This document shows positions 27,098-36,873 of a DNA stretch of 64,000 bases, piece by piece. The stretch comes from a virus. The stretch's first letter is position 1. The number at the start of each line of letters is the position of its first letter. The position numbers were made by a program, and so were the translations under genes. Below the pieces are notes generated by a model. The model was not told the origin of the DNA. It saw nothing but the letters and a program-made list of their open reading frames with translations, and did no database searches. The DNA lies in IMG/VR virus record IMGVR_UViG_3300020438_002794, positions 1 to 64,000 of that record; one strand, given 5' to 3'.

Positions 27098-29393
27098 TTC
27101 GATCTCCTTGATAAAATGCTTGCACACTAACAGTGTCTTGACTTTGTGCTTTAGCACGAATAGGACCCATGCCGTTGGGTATGCCTGCTTGTTGATCTGC
27201 TACAGTTTGATTTATTATTAAACTTATTATATGTTCATAACTGTCCATAAACTCTGTGTCACCCGCTTGTATATCAATGGGTTTGCCTTCTGTTATCCAT
27301 GTTTGCACAACTTGTTCAAGTGTTGTGCGTTCATCTACTTTGCCAATAATATATCTATCGTTGTTTGCTCTATCCAAAAAGCCTGCTTCTCTACACAAGT
27401 AAACCAATCCATATGCATCAACTACTAGGTCAACTTGTGGAAATCCTTTGGGTAGCATTTCTTTTTCTGTAATACAATGCATAGTGGGTGCATCTATTCC
27501 CTGACTTAATGCATTTAATGCATAGCCATAATCAATATGCAATTTATTCAACAGTTCGCCTTTGCGTCTTTGTTCTACTAGAGCAAACACTTGTTTAAGT
27601 TTTGTTCTATCTCCAAATGTTGAGGTATCAGTTGGCTCTCTGAAGTTCTCTCTCAGTGTAATAAAGTCAACTTGGTTACCACTGTCATGATTAATTTCTT
27701 CAATAAAATCTAGAACTTGTAGTAAATCTTCTTCTAGTCCTGGCAGTATAACATAATTAAATCCAAATCGCAATGTTTTATTATTCAATTTTTTATAACG
27801 CAAGAAGTCTGTTGCATTTTGTTTTATGCGTTCAAAGCCTTTCTTGTGTTTGGTCACTTGTTCATATACCGTCTGATTGCTTCCATACAAACTTATACGC
27901 AACACTTCAAGTTTAAACAAATCTGGGTTTGCATCAACAAACTTTTCAGTTAGCATGAATCCATTTGTATACAAGCTAAACTTGAATCCTCTTGCATGTC
28001 CAGCACTAATTAATTTCATTAAATCAGGATTGGTAAGTGTTTCTAACCCGCCACTCAAATAAAACTTGTAAGGGTCGTCGTTAGGTGCAGTGTTTAACAG
28101 GTTAACCAAATGAGGAGTAGCTTCCTTTAGTTGTGTCTTTTTGTATGCGGCATTTGTATCCATGTTACGACCACAAAACGTACACCAGAACATACAACTT
28201 TGTCCAATGTGTAGACCTATTCTATGTGGGTATCCGTATTGATTGTTTAATACTTTTTGTATAGTACCTGATTGATTTAAAGGTATTATTGTATTATTCC
28301 AATATTGACTGTTTCTAATATCATCAGTAATTACCTGTTGCACAAAGTCACTGTTTCTTAATATTCGATTAATTTCAATAATTTTAGGTTGACTTAGCTG
28401 TAACTTTTGTTGTATACTTGCCTGCTTTACAAATGGATCAGCACTGTAACAGTCAATTACACCCAAACATTTTTCTAATGTCCAGTCCAACTGTTGGTCA
28501 TATCTACTATGTGCTATCCCACTAGCAATTATATCACGACTCAAATAAAGTCCTAGTATCTGTTTACGGTCAAACTCCGTGTGATGTCTAATAATATCCA
28601 AATGTTGTTCGTGCAGTTGTTGTACACTTTTAACTATAGTTTCAGTTACCCAACGAGTGTTGTCTGCGGTATTCAATTGCACAATACCATTGACAAATGC
28701 TTCAAGTTGTCTATCTAAAGTTTTACCATCATCTTGGCTGAAGTCATACTCAACTCCATCTATGCTGATCGAACGTTTGTTCACACTGTCACGTTCAAAA
28801 CTAACATTGACTACAGTACCAGCAAAGTCTAATAACCAAAGTATACCCTGACTGGTTTGTTGTGTTTGTAAAACTGTGCAGGTTTGTTTGCTGATTATTT
28901 TTCTTAATATGGTCAATACATGCGGACCTATATCTTCTAATACACTGATAGTAGGATCACTTACATATGTGCTTCCGTGTCTTTGAACATTGTTTGCACT
29001 GTTCCATGTTATATCTATTGTTTTGGGTTGTTCAACTGTAGCGTCAGCTATCTCTTGTATGCGATTGCTGTATTCTAATTCTAACCCAACTACCAGTTTA
29101 CATTTGTTTTTGTGTGCTAGGTCAACCAATTGATCATGTTGCTCCACGGAGCGAACAAACGGTTTTTCAACCAGCAAGTGTCTACCATCTGCAAGTAATT
29201 CTACTGCACTAGCATAGTGATCATCTGGTAAGTTGGCAATCCACACATGTTTGCCTGTGAGATTGAGCAAGTTATCCACACTCGCTAGTTTTGTGTTATG
29301 AGTATAATACTCGGTTTGATATTGATTGTTTGTTGCAACACGATCTATTATTTGAGCCCAACGTCCACCGCCTACTATTCCGAGGGTACGCAC
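27081..29393 (-). CDS. fusion of Gfo/Idh/MocA oxidoreductase and DesII-like radical SAM enzyme (NDP-aminosugar ammonia-lyase family)
   Basis: N-terminus GIVGGGRWA, LVEKP, DIGPH; C-terminus YWNNTIIPL, SCMFWCTFCGR, YLSGGLETLTNP, LYTNG, RISLYG, DYGYAL, which I recognise as DesII-family motifs; GTG 29393 with GGAG SD. Confidence 0.82.
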   Translation of the reverse strand: MRTLGIVGGGRWAQIIDRVATNNQYQTEYYTHNTKLASVDNLLNLTGKHVWIANLPDDHYASAVELLADGRHLLVEKPFVRSVEQHDQLVDLAHKNKCKLVVGLELEYSNRIQEIADATVEQPKTIDITWNSANNVQRHGSTYVSDPTISVLEDIGPHVLTILRKIISKQTCTVLQTQQTSQGILWLLDFAGTVVNVSFERDSVNKRSISIDGVEYDFSQDDGKTLDRQLEAFVNGIVQLNTADNTRWVTETIVKSVQQLHEQHLDIIRHHTEFDRKQILGLYLSRDIIASGIAHSRYDQQLDWTLEKCLGVIDCYSADPFVKQASIQQKLQLSQPKIIEINRILRNSDFVQQVITDDIRNSQYWNNTIIPLNQSGTIQKVLNNQYGYPHRIGLHIGQSCMFWCTFCGRNMDTNAAYKKTQLKEATPHLVNLLNTAPNDDPYKFYLSGGLETLTNPDLMKLISAGHARGFKFSLYTNGFMLTEKFVDANPDLFKLEVLRISLYGSNQTVYEQVTKHKKGFERIKQNATDFLRYKKLNNKTLRFGFNYVILPGLEEDLLQVLDFIEEINHDSGNQVDFITLRENFREPTDTSTFGDRTKLKQVFALVEQRRKGELLNKLHIDYGYALNALSQGIDAPTMHCITEKEMLPKGFPQVDLVVDAYGLVYLCREAGFLDRANNDRYIIGKVDERTTLEQVVQTWITEGKPIDIQAGDTEFMDSYEHIISLIINQTVADQQAGIPNGMGPIRAKAQSQDTVSVQAFYQGDRNAKVN

Positions 29394-30856
29394 ACTTCTA
29401 CTCCGTACTGCTTGGTCCAACGATCAGCATCTTCTCTTGTGTTAACTAAAGGTTCTCCCTTTATGTTTAAACTTGTATTCAATAACATAGGACAGCCTGT
29501 GTCTGCATACCAACGTTCTAGCAGTTTTCTGAATCCGCTATTATCAGTAGTAGATACTGTTTGAACTCTGCTGGTGTCATCGTAGTGGACGATTGCTGGA
29601 AATTTGTCAGGTCTTTTACACGTTGAAGTATATTGCATGTATGGGCCTGTGTAACCTGTGAAATAATCTCCGGCATGTTCAGCGAGTATGGCTGGGGCAA
29701 AGGGTCTGAAACTTTCTCTGTGTTTGATAGTGTTAACAAGGTCTTTGACATCATCTCCGCGGGGATCAGCAAGAATACTACGGTTGCCAAGAGCCCTAGG
29801 ACCAAACTCAGCACGACCACTGGCAACTGCTGTAATTTTCTTTGACTGTAAATTTTTGAGTATGTTTTCAACTGGATACTCTCCTTTAATATTATGTCCC
29901 AAATAAGGACCGGGCCATTCAATATGATGTCCCCAATGTGCTAGTACACAACCTACTGCACTGCCACTATCACCTGGGTTTGGCATAATCCAAACATCTT
30001 TAAAGTACTTATATGCAATACTGTTGGCACTACAATTTAATGCACAGCCTCCCATCAGTACTAGGTTTTCTTTTTGAGTTGCATATTTTGTATACATAAC
30101 TAAACCATCAAAAATTTCTTCGTATATACGCTGTACTGCGGCGGCAATGTCAGCATAGTCTTGTGGTGTGTTTAGATCAGGTCTCCAATCTAAACAACCT
30201 CTATGACAGTTGCGTTTGAATAGTGTATAAGGGCTCCAACGTGTAGGTGAAAATTCAATAAAATCATTCTTTATGTCCTGGTACAACCTATCTGGATCGC
30301 CCACAGCCGCCATGCCCATGAGTATGTATTCATGTTCTTGTGGCTTTAGTCCTATACGCTGTGTCATAGCACTGTACCATATACCTATACTGTGTGGATA
30401 ACGTTGACTCCAAGTTTTTTTAAGACTATCACCTTCGCCTGTCCATATACTAACAGTATCCCATTCACCTATACTATCTATATTCAATATAGCCGCATCA
30501 GTATAAGGTGATGTATAATATCCTGCGCCAGCATGGGCATGATGATGACTAGTTGTAGTGCATTTAGGCGCATCTTTTAGGAACTTGCGTACATATGTAG
30601 TAGGTGATTCTTTGCCTAGTAGTGCGTATTGCTTTGAATACAGTTGGCGTGTCTTTTTAAGTAATGGTTTCTCATAAAAATATATTTTGTATGGCTCGCC
30701 ATAATCAAGAGCTTCATCGATTAAGTCTTGATTTAAGTTTTTATCATTCTTAACTCTACTGTAGCGTTCTGCATGTGCCGCAAACACTAGTTTTTTATCT
30801 CCAAATACTGCTAGGCTGGCATCATGTGCCATGCCTGTCCAGCCCCATGTGATCAT
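29375..30856 (-). CDS. O-carbamoyltransferase, NodU/CmcH/TobZ family
   Basis: HDAS, ERYSRVK, HHHAHA, GGCALNCSAN, GDSGSAVG, EFGPRALGNRSILADP, KHRESFRPFAP, LNTSLN. Confidence 0.95.
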   Translation of the reverse strand: MITWGWTGMAHDASLAVFGDKKLVFAAHAERYSRVKNDKNLNQDLIDEALDYGEPYKIYFYEKPLLKKTRQLYSKQYALLGKESPTTYVRKFLKDAPKCTTTSHHHAHAGAGYYTSPYTDAAILNIDSIGEWDTVSIWTGEGDSLKKTWSQRYPHSIGIWYSAMTQRIGLKPQEHEYILMGMAAVGDPDRLYQDIKNDFIEFSPTRWSPYTLFKRNCHRGCLDWRPDLNTPQDYADIAAAVQRIYEEIFDGLVMYTKYATQKENLVLMGGCALNCSANSIAYKYFKDVWIMPNPGDSGSAVGCVLAHWGHHIEWPGPYLGHNIKGEYPVENILKNLQSKKITAVASGRAEFGPRALGNRSILADPRGDDVKDLVNTIKHRESFRPFAPAILAEHAGDYFTGYTGPYMQYTSTCKRPDKFPAIVHYDDTSRVQTVSTTDNSGFRKLLERWYADTGCPMLLNTSLNIKGEPLVNTREDADRWTKQYGVEVCVPSE

Positions 30857-31041
30857 AATTCGGTCTCATTCATATTAATACATATAGCCTGTTGTCCTGC
30901 TTTGAAGTATCCTGCACCTCTGCCTACTTCTTCACTGAGAGCTTCTCTTGCATAAAAACATTCGTTCATATCTCTATGTTGACTTACTTTTTCTACATAA
31001 GGAGTTGCATCATAAAAATATACAAATACCAATACCCACAT
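30853..31041 (-). CDS. small hypothetical protein, hydrophobic N-terminus, two Cys
   Basis: 62 aa, coupled to neighbours. Confidence 0.65.
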   Translation of the reverse strand: MWVLVFVYFYDATPYVEKVSQHRDMNECFYAREALSEEVGRGAGYFKAGQQAICINMNETEL

Positions 31042-31433
31042 TAAAGGTCGCCTCGCTCTCTCATTTCAGCACGAATTTTTGTAGCACTTATGTTGTGTAC
31101 ACGTTCGCCCAAGTCATGCTCAGTAAAAGTATAACCTACTCCTCTGCCATAACTGATATCCACAATATTAGGAACTAGCATTACTTCAAAGTCTTCGCCA
31201 ATAATATAACCTTTTGTATATAGACTACCAGCAATATCATTTTCTACTTGTTTAAAATCAAACGGATTATCTACGTTTCCCATTCCGGCATCAGCACCTT
31301 GTACATCACGAACCATAATTAATACTTGTCCTGTAATCCCTAGTGCCTTTTCAAAAAGTATTGTATGCCCTTCATGCCAAGGTTGCCATCTTCCTAGTAG
31401 TTGTACTGTTGGTTTTTTATAATCAAATACCAT
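31041..31433 (-). CDS. HxGH-family nucleotidyltransferase (cytidylyltransferase / ATP-sulfurylase-like)
   Basis: GRWQPWHEGH, DNPF, ISATKIR. Confidence 0.8.
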   Translation of the reverse strand: MVFDYKKPTVQLLGRWQPWHEGHTILFEKALGITGQVLIMVRDVQGADAGMGNVDNPFDFKQVENDIAGSLYTKGYIIGEDFEVMLVPNIVDISYGRGVGYTFTEHDLGERVHNISATKIRAEMRERGDL

Positions 31434-31848
31434 TACGTTTTCTCCATCTTTCGACTACAGGTTTAAGTTGCTCAGCTGTGTCTGTAAACCATTGTGCTAC
31501 ATGGTAGTCACATGCAGGCGGTTTTTCAAACATAGCATTTGTATCCGCATAGCGTCCTTGTTCAATAGTATCCATCCACACTGTGTAGTCAGGTGCAAAT
31601 TCTTGTCTTGCACGTTCTGTTGGACAAACAAAGTCTGCCACAGCTATTCCACCTTTAGCAACAACACCATCTGCTAAGTCTCGCATACGTTTTGCTTGAC
31701 GCATTCTACCTTCGGGTGTAAAGTCCCAATCGTTAGCTTGTTCTCTTACTCGATCAGCATTGATCCATACTGCGCCAATTAACTCAGCAAAGGGTTCTGC
31801 TAGTGTGCTTTTACCACTACCTGGTAGTCCAAATATCAATATTTTCAT
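31423..31848 (-). CDS. cysC: adenylyl-sulfate (APS) kinase-like P-loop kinase
   Basis: GLPGSGKST, NADRVR, DWDFTPEGRMRQA, ADFVCP, FEKP. Confidence 0.75.
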   Translation of the reverse strand: MKILIFGLPGSGKSTLAEPFAELIGAVWINADRVREQANDWDFTPEGRMRQAKRMRDLADGVVAKGGIAVADFVCPTERARQEFAPDYTVWMDTIEQGRYADTNAMFEKPPACDYHVAQWFTDTAEQLKPVVERWRKRNGI

Positions 31849-32362
31849 CTTGTACATCCTTTATTAGTTTGTATGGTATTCCAATACTTTCTAATAATCG
31901 TATGAGTCTTATCTCACTGCCTTTCATTATTGTATCTATAGAGTTATTATCTATAAATCTTTCTAAGTATTTTATTTGTCCATCGGTTAAATTCATATCC
32001 CATCTTTTTTGTATGTTATCACCTAGCTCAGTTTCAAATATGCCATTGGCCCATAACAAATCATCCTCTACTGCATGATTGCAGTAGTAGAATTCAAAAT
32101 TCTCTTGCTCAAGTCGCCACAAATGTTCTTTCCAGTCAAACTTGTAAAAACAAAGATCTTGGACATTTGCACCTTGTATAACAATATGTTCATACTTCTT
32201 TATTATATCATCTTTATGTAAATGTGTCAAGATATCATAATAGTTGATGTAGTTTCCGTAATCCAAAGTATACACAGTATATAGATGTTCATCAGACAAC
32301 TTTTCTAACCAAGTTGATCCTGGTTTGCTTGCACCGTCACCAATTATCAGTACATCTTTCAT
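31817..32362 (-). CDS. degenerate SGNH-like hypothetical protein
   Basis: VLIIGDG N-terminal strand and IVIQ resemble neighbours; catalytic Ser and His not evident. Confidence 0.45.
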   Translation of the reverse strand: MKDVLIIGDGASKPGSTWLEKLSDEHLYTVYTLDYGNYINYYDILTHLHKDDIIKKYEHIVIQGANVQDLCFYKFDWKEHLWRLEQENFEFYYCNHAVEDDLLWANGIFETELGDNIQKRWDMNLTDGQIKYLERFIDNNSIDTIMKGSEIRLIRLLESIGIPYKLIKDVQDENIDIWTTR

Positions 32363-33204
32363 CTCAGTTTTTCCAATGCTTTGCGTACAGCCTTTCCAAC
32401 TTTTTTATTACCTGCTTTATTAAAATGTCCAATAAAAGTATCTTTACCATCTCTGCTTATTTTAGGATCTATAGGAGCAAATATATGATACTTTTTATTG
32501 AGGAACATGTTCATACTACCTTTACCTACTCCCCAAGGATACGGAATATCTAAACATATACCGTGTTCAAATTGAGGTGTGACTTCTTCAGCTTCTTCTA
32601 CCCATTTAAAATAATACAGTGGTGTTTCAGTTTCTCTGCATCTTTCATCTATTAGTGTAGCACAACTTTGTATCACATGTTTATTGGTCATGCCATGAAA
32701 CATCATTTTTCGCCATTCAATAGCTTCGTTTATGTTTCCTCCAAAGTCACCTTTGCCGTTAGCACTAATAAAATTAAAGTATCTAGCAGTGCCTTTACCT
32801 TGATATAAATCAACGTTTTCTGCTTGCACTTCATACTCATGCCAAAATCTATCACCTATATGTCCTGGTTCATTCCATGTGAGTCTAGGTTCATATGTTA
32901 ATTGTACTAATACATAATCGAAATCTTTGAGACGATTTTTATTGTAATAGTGTTCGAGTACTGTAGCATGTTGTACTATGCCTCCACCACTAACTGCATA
33001 AAGTGTGTGATAGTTTTTTGGATCTAAACTCTCAACCCAACCGCCATTTACATCAAGTGTTTCTCTGCCTAGTCCGTTGTCTACTTTCTTTGTAGTGCCG
33101 TCAGGTTGTAGCACATCACTATACATAATATAGTTTGGATCATATGTATAGCTTCCTGCACTAAAACTACAGCCAAACACCAATACATTTTCATTGTAGT
33201 CCAT
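32359..33204 (-). CDS. SGNH/GDSL-like hydrolase or acyltransferase
   Basis: VFGCSFSAG block I, AVSGGG block II, VQLTYEPR, GHFNKAGN block V. Confidence 0.65.
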   Translation of the reverse strand: MDYNENVLVFGCSFSAGSYTYDPNYIMYSDVLQPDGTTKKVDNGLGRETLDVNGGWVESLDPKNYHTLYAVSGGGIVQHATVLEHYYNKNRLKDFDYVLVQLTYEPRLTWNEPGHIGDRFWHEYEVQAENVDLYQGKGTARYFNFISANGKGDFGGNINEAIEWRKMMFHGMTNKHVIQSCATLIDERCRETETPLYYFKWVEEAEEVTPQFEHGICLDIPYPWGVGKGSMNMFLNKKYHIFAPIDPKISRDGKDTFIGHFNKAGNKKVGKAVRKALEKLR

Positions 33205-33850
33205 CGCCTAAACCTTTTTTAATCATCTGTCCTAAAACAGTGTTTCCTTTTTGTGTAAAGTGTAAATCCGGATTGTGTAAATCTTTTTTGTAAAACAGTT
33301 GTTCAGTTGCAGGCTTTACATCTAAGTATTTAATATATTTATATGGGTACTTAACTCCAGTAAAACTGTAGCTGTATGTGGGCAATCCTGTTTGTTGGGC
33401 TAGACGATCCAAGTGACTTGCACATGCTTTAGTTAGTATATTCCAACTGTTTTCCATTTGCCAAAACCAATCACTCATTCCTTGTTGCCATTTGAAATTA
33501 TATTGGTTAGCAATTTTGTTTTGCACTTTAGGTAATCCTCCTAGTCTATTATGAAATGCATTATCTATTGTCCATGCAAAAACATTGAGTCTAGATGTAT
33601 AATACTCAAGTTGTTTCTGTATTACAATTCTAGGTTCCCATGTCTCTTGTATAATTATAGCACTATATTTTTTTATGTCAATTGATTCTAAACATGCACA
33701 GTAGCTCATAATGCCACCTCCTGGATGTGCATAAACTTGATATGGCCGATCAAGTTCATCATACCAGCAATAGTCTGTGTGTAGTGTTTCTGTTGTATTG
33801 TCGTAGCTGTACCAGCCCATACTAAAACTACAACCTAATATTAATATCAT
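33191..33850 (-). CDS. SGNH/GDSL-like hydrolase or acyltransferase
   Basis: ILGCSFSMG, AHPGGG, IQETWEPR, DLHFTQKGN; paralog of 32359-33204. Confidence 0.65.
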   Translation of the reverse strand: MILILGCSFSMGWYSYDNTTETLHTDYCWYDELDRPYQVYAHPGGGIMSYCACLESIDIKKYSAIIIQETWEPRIVIQKQLEYYTSRLNVFAWTIDNAFHNRLGGLPKVQNKIANQYNFKWQQGMSDWFWQMENSWNILTKACASHLDRLAQQTGLPTYSYSFTGVKYPYKYIKYLDVKPATEQLFYKKDLHNPDLHFTQKGNTVLGQMIKKGLGDGLQ

Positions 33851-35121
33851 GCGTTAGCCTGTTCAACCAGTGTTTTCATATTTCCAAAGTTTACACTTTT
33901 ATGATTTGCATTTGCTACTCTAGGATCACGTAGCACTTGTAAAAAGTTTTCGTATTCAGGATGATCGGGTTTCCAAATAGCTCTAATATTAAAGTCAATC
34001 ATGTGTCCCCAATCAACAATAAGTGTAAATGTTGCTCTACTATACTTTCCAGGTCCTGACCAACGATCTGTTACCATTTGTATAAAGTCTGGTATCTCTT
34101 TATAGTTACATGTTTGTACAACAAAGTTATGACTCATTGCTCCGCTGAGTAGATTACCTGTATTGTAACTATTTTTAGTTTTTGTAAAACTAGGTATTTG
34201 ACTGTAAACATAATCTACATTACTGACTAGTTGATCCCAGTGACCTCCTAGTCTTGTTTCTTTTTCATATGTTTCTTTTTTACCAGCATCAAAACTAAAA
34301 ACAATTTGTTTAATTTGTTTATGAACTTTGCTTATACTATCCCAAACCTTAGGAGTAAGCATTACACCGTTTGTTTGAAAGTTAAGCCATGTGTTTGGTC
34401 TGTCAGTAAGATCCATTTCTTGTAAACGTTCTCTAAATATTTTACTACCAAAAGGATCACCACCACCTGTTATCCATATATCAAATTGATAATCTTTAGG
34501 TGCCTTCATTATTTCATCAAATAACTTATCTGTAAGTGATTTTCTTTGATCATATTTTTCACCTTTAGAATGAATAATTTTACTATTTCTACAGCTAGGA
34601 CAATATAAGTTACAACTTTCATCTGTACCAACTTGTATATCGTGTGGCAAGTAACTGGCTTGCGTACTACGGTTTTTTAATGACTCAATAATAATTGGAT
34701 CTACATTATATTTTTTAGGATTATCTATTACATTAGTTATTAGTGGCAATGCTGTTTCTGCATACTGAATTTTAGGACAAGTGTTGTGTTTGCAATGGGG
34801 CCAGTTCGCTCCGTCATACAACTGGTTACGAATTTCCTGCGCCTTAGATCCATTCCATATCTCTTCCATTGTGTTTACATTTAGATCACCTATGACTACT
34901 GGTAGCCAAAAAGGACAACACATGAAAACCAAACCCATGTTATTGATTTCTGCTCTATTAAAAAAATAACTGCAATATCTTCCGTTAAGATCTTTTTTGG
35001 TACCCGCAATAAGACTATCGTCTTGGTGGAAACCTTTGGGCTTCCATCCCTTAGGTTTACCTTTTATTACAATGTCAGGCGTTGAAGACTGCACTGCATC
35101 TACTACAGAGGTCAATGTCAC
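33847..35121 (-). CDS. radical SAM protein with N-terminal SPASM-like module
   Basis: CSYFF..MCC..IWNG..CKHNTC; CNLYCPSC; GGGDPF; QTNG; SFDAG; start codon uncertain. Confidence 0.9.
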   Translation of the reverse strand: MTLTSVVDAVQSSTPDIVIKGKPKGWKPKGFHQDDSLIAGTKKDLNGRYCSYFFNRAEINNMGLVFMCCPFWLPVVIGDLNVNTMEEIWNGSKAQEIRNQLYDGANWPHCKHNTCPKIQYAETALPLITNVIDNPKKYNVDPIIIESLKNRSTQASYLPHDIQVGTDESCNLYCPSCRNSKIIHSKGEKYDQRKSLTDKLFDEIMKAPKDYQFDIWITGGGDPFGSKIFRERLQEMDLTDRPNTWLNFQTNGVMLTPKVWDSISKVHKQIKQIVFSFDAGKKETYEKETRLGGHWDQLVSNVDYVYSQIPSFTKTKNSYNTGNLLSGAMSHNFVVQTCNYKEIPDFIQMVTDRWSGPGKYSRATFTLIVDWGHMIDFNIRAIWKPDHPEYENFLQVLRDPRVANANHKSVNFGNMKTLVEQANA

Positions 35122-35869
35122 AGCGTTTTCCTTTTGCTAATAATGATTTATAGTCATTGTACTTTTTGCTATTCCAAACGTCTACAGGACTTGTATTCAT
35201 GTCAACTTTGCCCACAGGATTGCGTTTACCAAAGTCCCATGGACACAAATACATTGTACCGTCGATATATATAAATGCTTCATTTTCAACTTTTTTACAA
35301 GGCAAGTTTAAACTTTCGGTCTGATCTTCCCAAGGATGAGAATACAGTTCAGTAATTTTAGCACATCCTGGTCTTACATTATTCCAATAATCTAAAAACA
35401 TTTCCTGTTCAGCTTCGGTATCTGGCAAGTTAATCATTCTCACCTCACAATCTATTTCAGGATGATTGTCTACAAATCTAGTTACGTTTTCATATACTCT
35501 ATCAAAGCTAATACCTCTTGTTTCATCAAAAGTTTTTTTAGTAAATCCATCAACACTAAAACGCATTATGTCAACAAACGGTGCAATCTTTCGTTCTGTT
35601 TTCAGCGTCATGGGTTCACCATTGCTGTTGAGTTCTACTTTGGCTGTAGGATCTTCTTTGATATATCTTGCTATGTCCGGAAGTCTTGTATCAACTAGCG
35701 GCTCGCCTAGTCCAAAAGGTCTATACGTTATGCCTAGGTCTCTTGTATCATCTATAATTTTATAGATCAATTCAGGTTCCATGTGTTCTTTAGGAACCAA
35801 ATGATTTGGACAAAACCAACAAGTTGCATTACAAAATGTAGTTGTTTCTATTTGGAGGTATTTAAACAT
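35075..35869 (-). CDS. radical SAM/SPASM(twitch) protein with canonical C-terminal module
   Basis: CNATCWFC, LGEPL, NSNG, SVDG; C-terminal C..C..VWNS..CSRC. Confidence 0.92.
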   Translation of the reverse strand: MFKYLQIETTTFCNATCWFCPNHLVPKEHMEPELIYKIIDDTRDLGITYRPFGLGEPLVDTRLPDIARYIKEDPTAKVELNSNGEPMTLKTERKIAPFVDIMRFSVDGFTKKTFDETRGISFDRVYENVTRFVDNHPEIDCEVRMINLPDTEAEQEMFLDYWNNVRPGCAKITELYSHPWEDQTESLNLPCKKVENEAFIYIDGTMYLCPWDFGKRNPVGKVDMNTSPVDVWNSKKYNDYKSLLAKGKRCDIDLCSRCSAVFNA

Positions 35870-36873
35870 ATTAGTTTCTCAAATTGATCCTTGGGCAATG
35901 TAGTTAATCTGATAGCTGTGCTACTAAATTCTGGTGCTTTGCCATACAGTATCTTTTGAGAATCTAATCTACTGATTATTTCGTCAGTTGGCTCAAACAC
36001 AACATGATTGATCGTTGGCTCGCTATATATTTTACAATTACTAAAATATTTATGTGCAAACTCAATACCTTCTCTATTGCGTTCCAAGCTCTTTTCTACT
36101 ATATAATGATGTTTGTGCAGGTATTCTGCAAGTCTAAGTGTAATACTGCTTACACTCATAATTGGTCTTATCTTTGTAATTTGACTAATTGTATTTGCAT
36201 GTCCTTGTAGTATGCCAAGTCTAGCACCTGCAAGTCCCCAACTTTTGCTATAACTAAATGCTAATAAACAATTTTCATAATTGCATAAGTCAAAATAATC
36301 TTCTGTACAAAAATGTCTGTATGTATTATCTATTAGCACAGTCATTTTTGGATATGCTCCACAGATATAATCTATAAACTTTGCACTGTAAACTCGACCA
36401 CTTGGATTATTTGGACTACAAATGTAAAATACATCTGGTCGATGCTGTTCTATACTAGCTGTGATACTATCTTCATCTTCGTTGCATTCAATTATATTTG
36501 TAGTAAGGTCTATTGCATTTGTAACACTGCCTCTGTATGTTGGTGCTATTGTTAAGAACGTTTTACTATTATCAAGTGTTGCTTCAAATGTTAAACGTAT
36601 TGCTTCGTCACAACCTCCAGTAATTAATATATTGTCCATTGTTGTGTTGTAGTAGTCGGCAAATATTTCATAGTACCTATAGTAATCTTCATACTTCATT
36701 GAACTTGACAAATCCAAAAAGTGTTTTATAGCTTTTTGTATATGACCACACAGTACTTCGTCTTGGTTTTCATTTCTATCTAAGTTTATGTAGCCAGCTT
36801 CGATCTTTTCTACTCTATTAAGTAAGCCACTCCAATGTGGTCTTTGTAGTTGTTTTATACTATCTCTAATCAC
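35848..36873 (-). CDS. PLP-dependent class I/II aminotransferase (HisC/CobD-like)
   Basis: LDRNEN, TGGCDEAI, PTY, CSPNNPSG, DNTY, SYSKSWGLAGARLG; GTG 36873 with GAGG SD preferred over 36948. Confidence 0.88.
   Translation of the reverse strand: MIRDSIKQLQRPHWSGLLNRVEKIEAGYINLDRNENQDEVLCGHIQKAIKHFLDLSSSMKYEDYYRYYEIFADYYNTTMDNILITGGCDEAIRLTFEATLDNSKTFLTIAPTYRGSVTNAIDLTTNIIECNEDEDSITASIEQHRPDVFYICSPNNPSGRVYSAKFIDYICGAYPKMTVLIDNTYRHFCTEDYFDLCNYENCLLAFSYSKSWGLAGARLGILQGHANTISQITKIRPIMSVSSITLRLAEYLHKHHYIVEKSLERNREGIEFAHKYFSNCKIYSEPTINHVVFEPTDEIISRLDSQKILYGKAPEFSSTAIRLTTLPKDQFEKLICLNTSK

Noticed and set aside
35848-36873. Aminotransferase as the DesI partner of the DesII-like domain
   Set aside because: Motifs (PNNPSG, SKSWGLAGARLG) are HisC/CobD class I/II, not the DegT/DnrJ family to which DesI belongs
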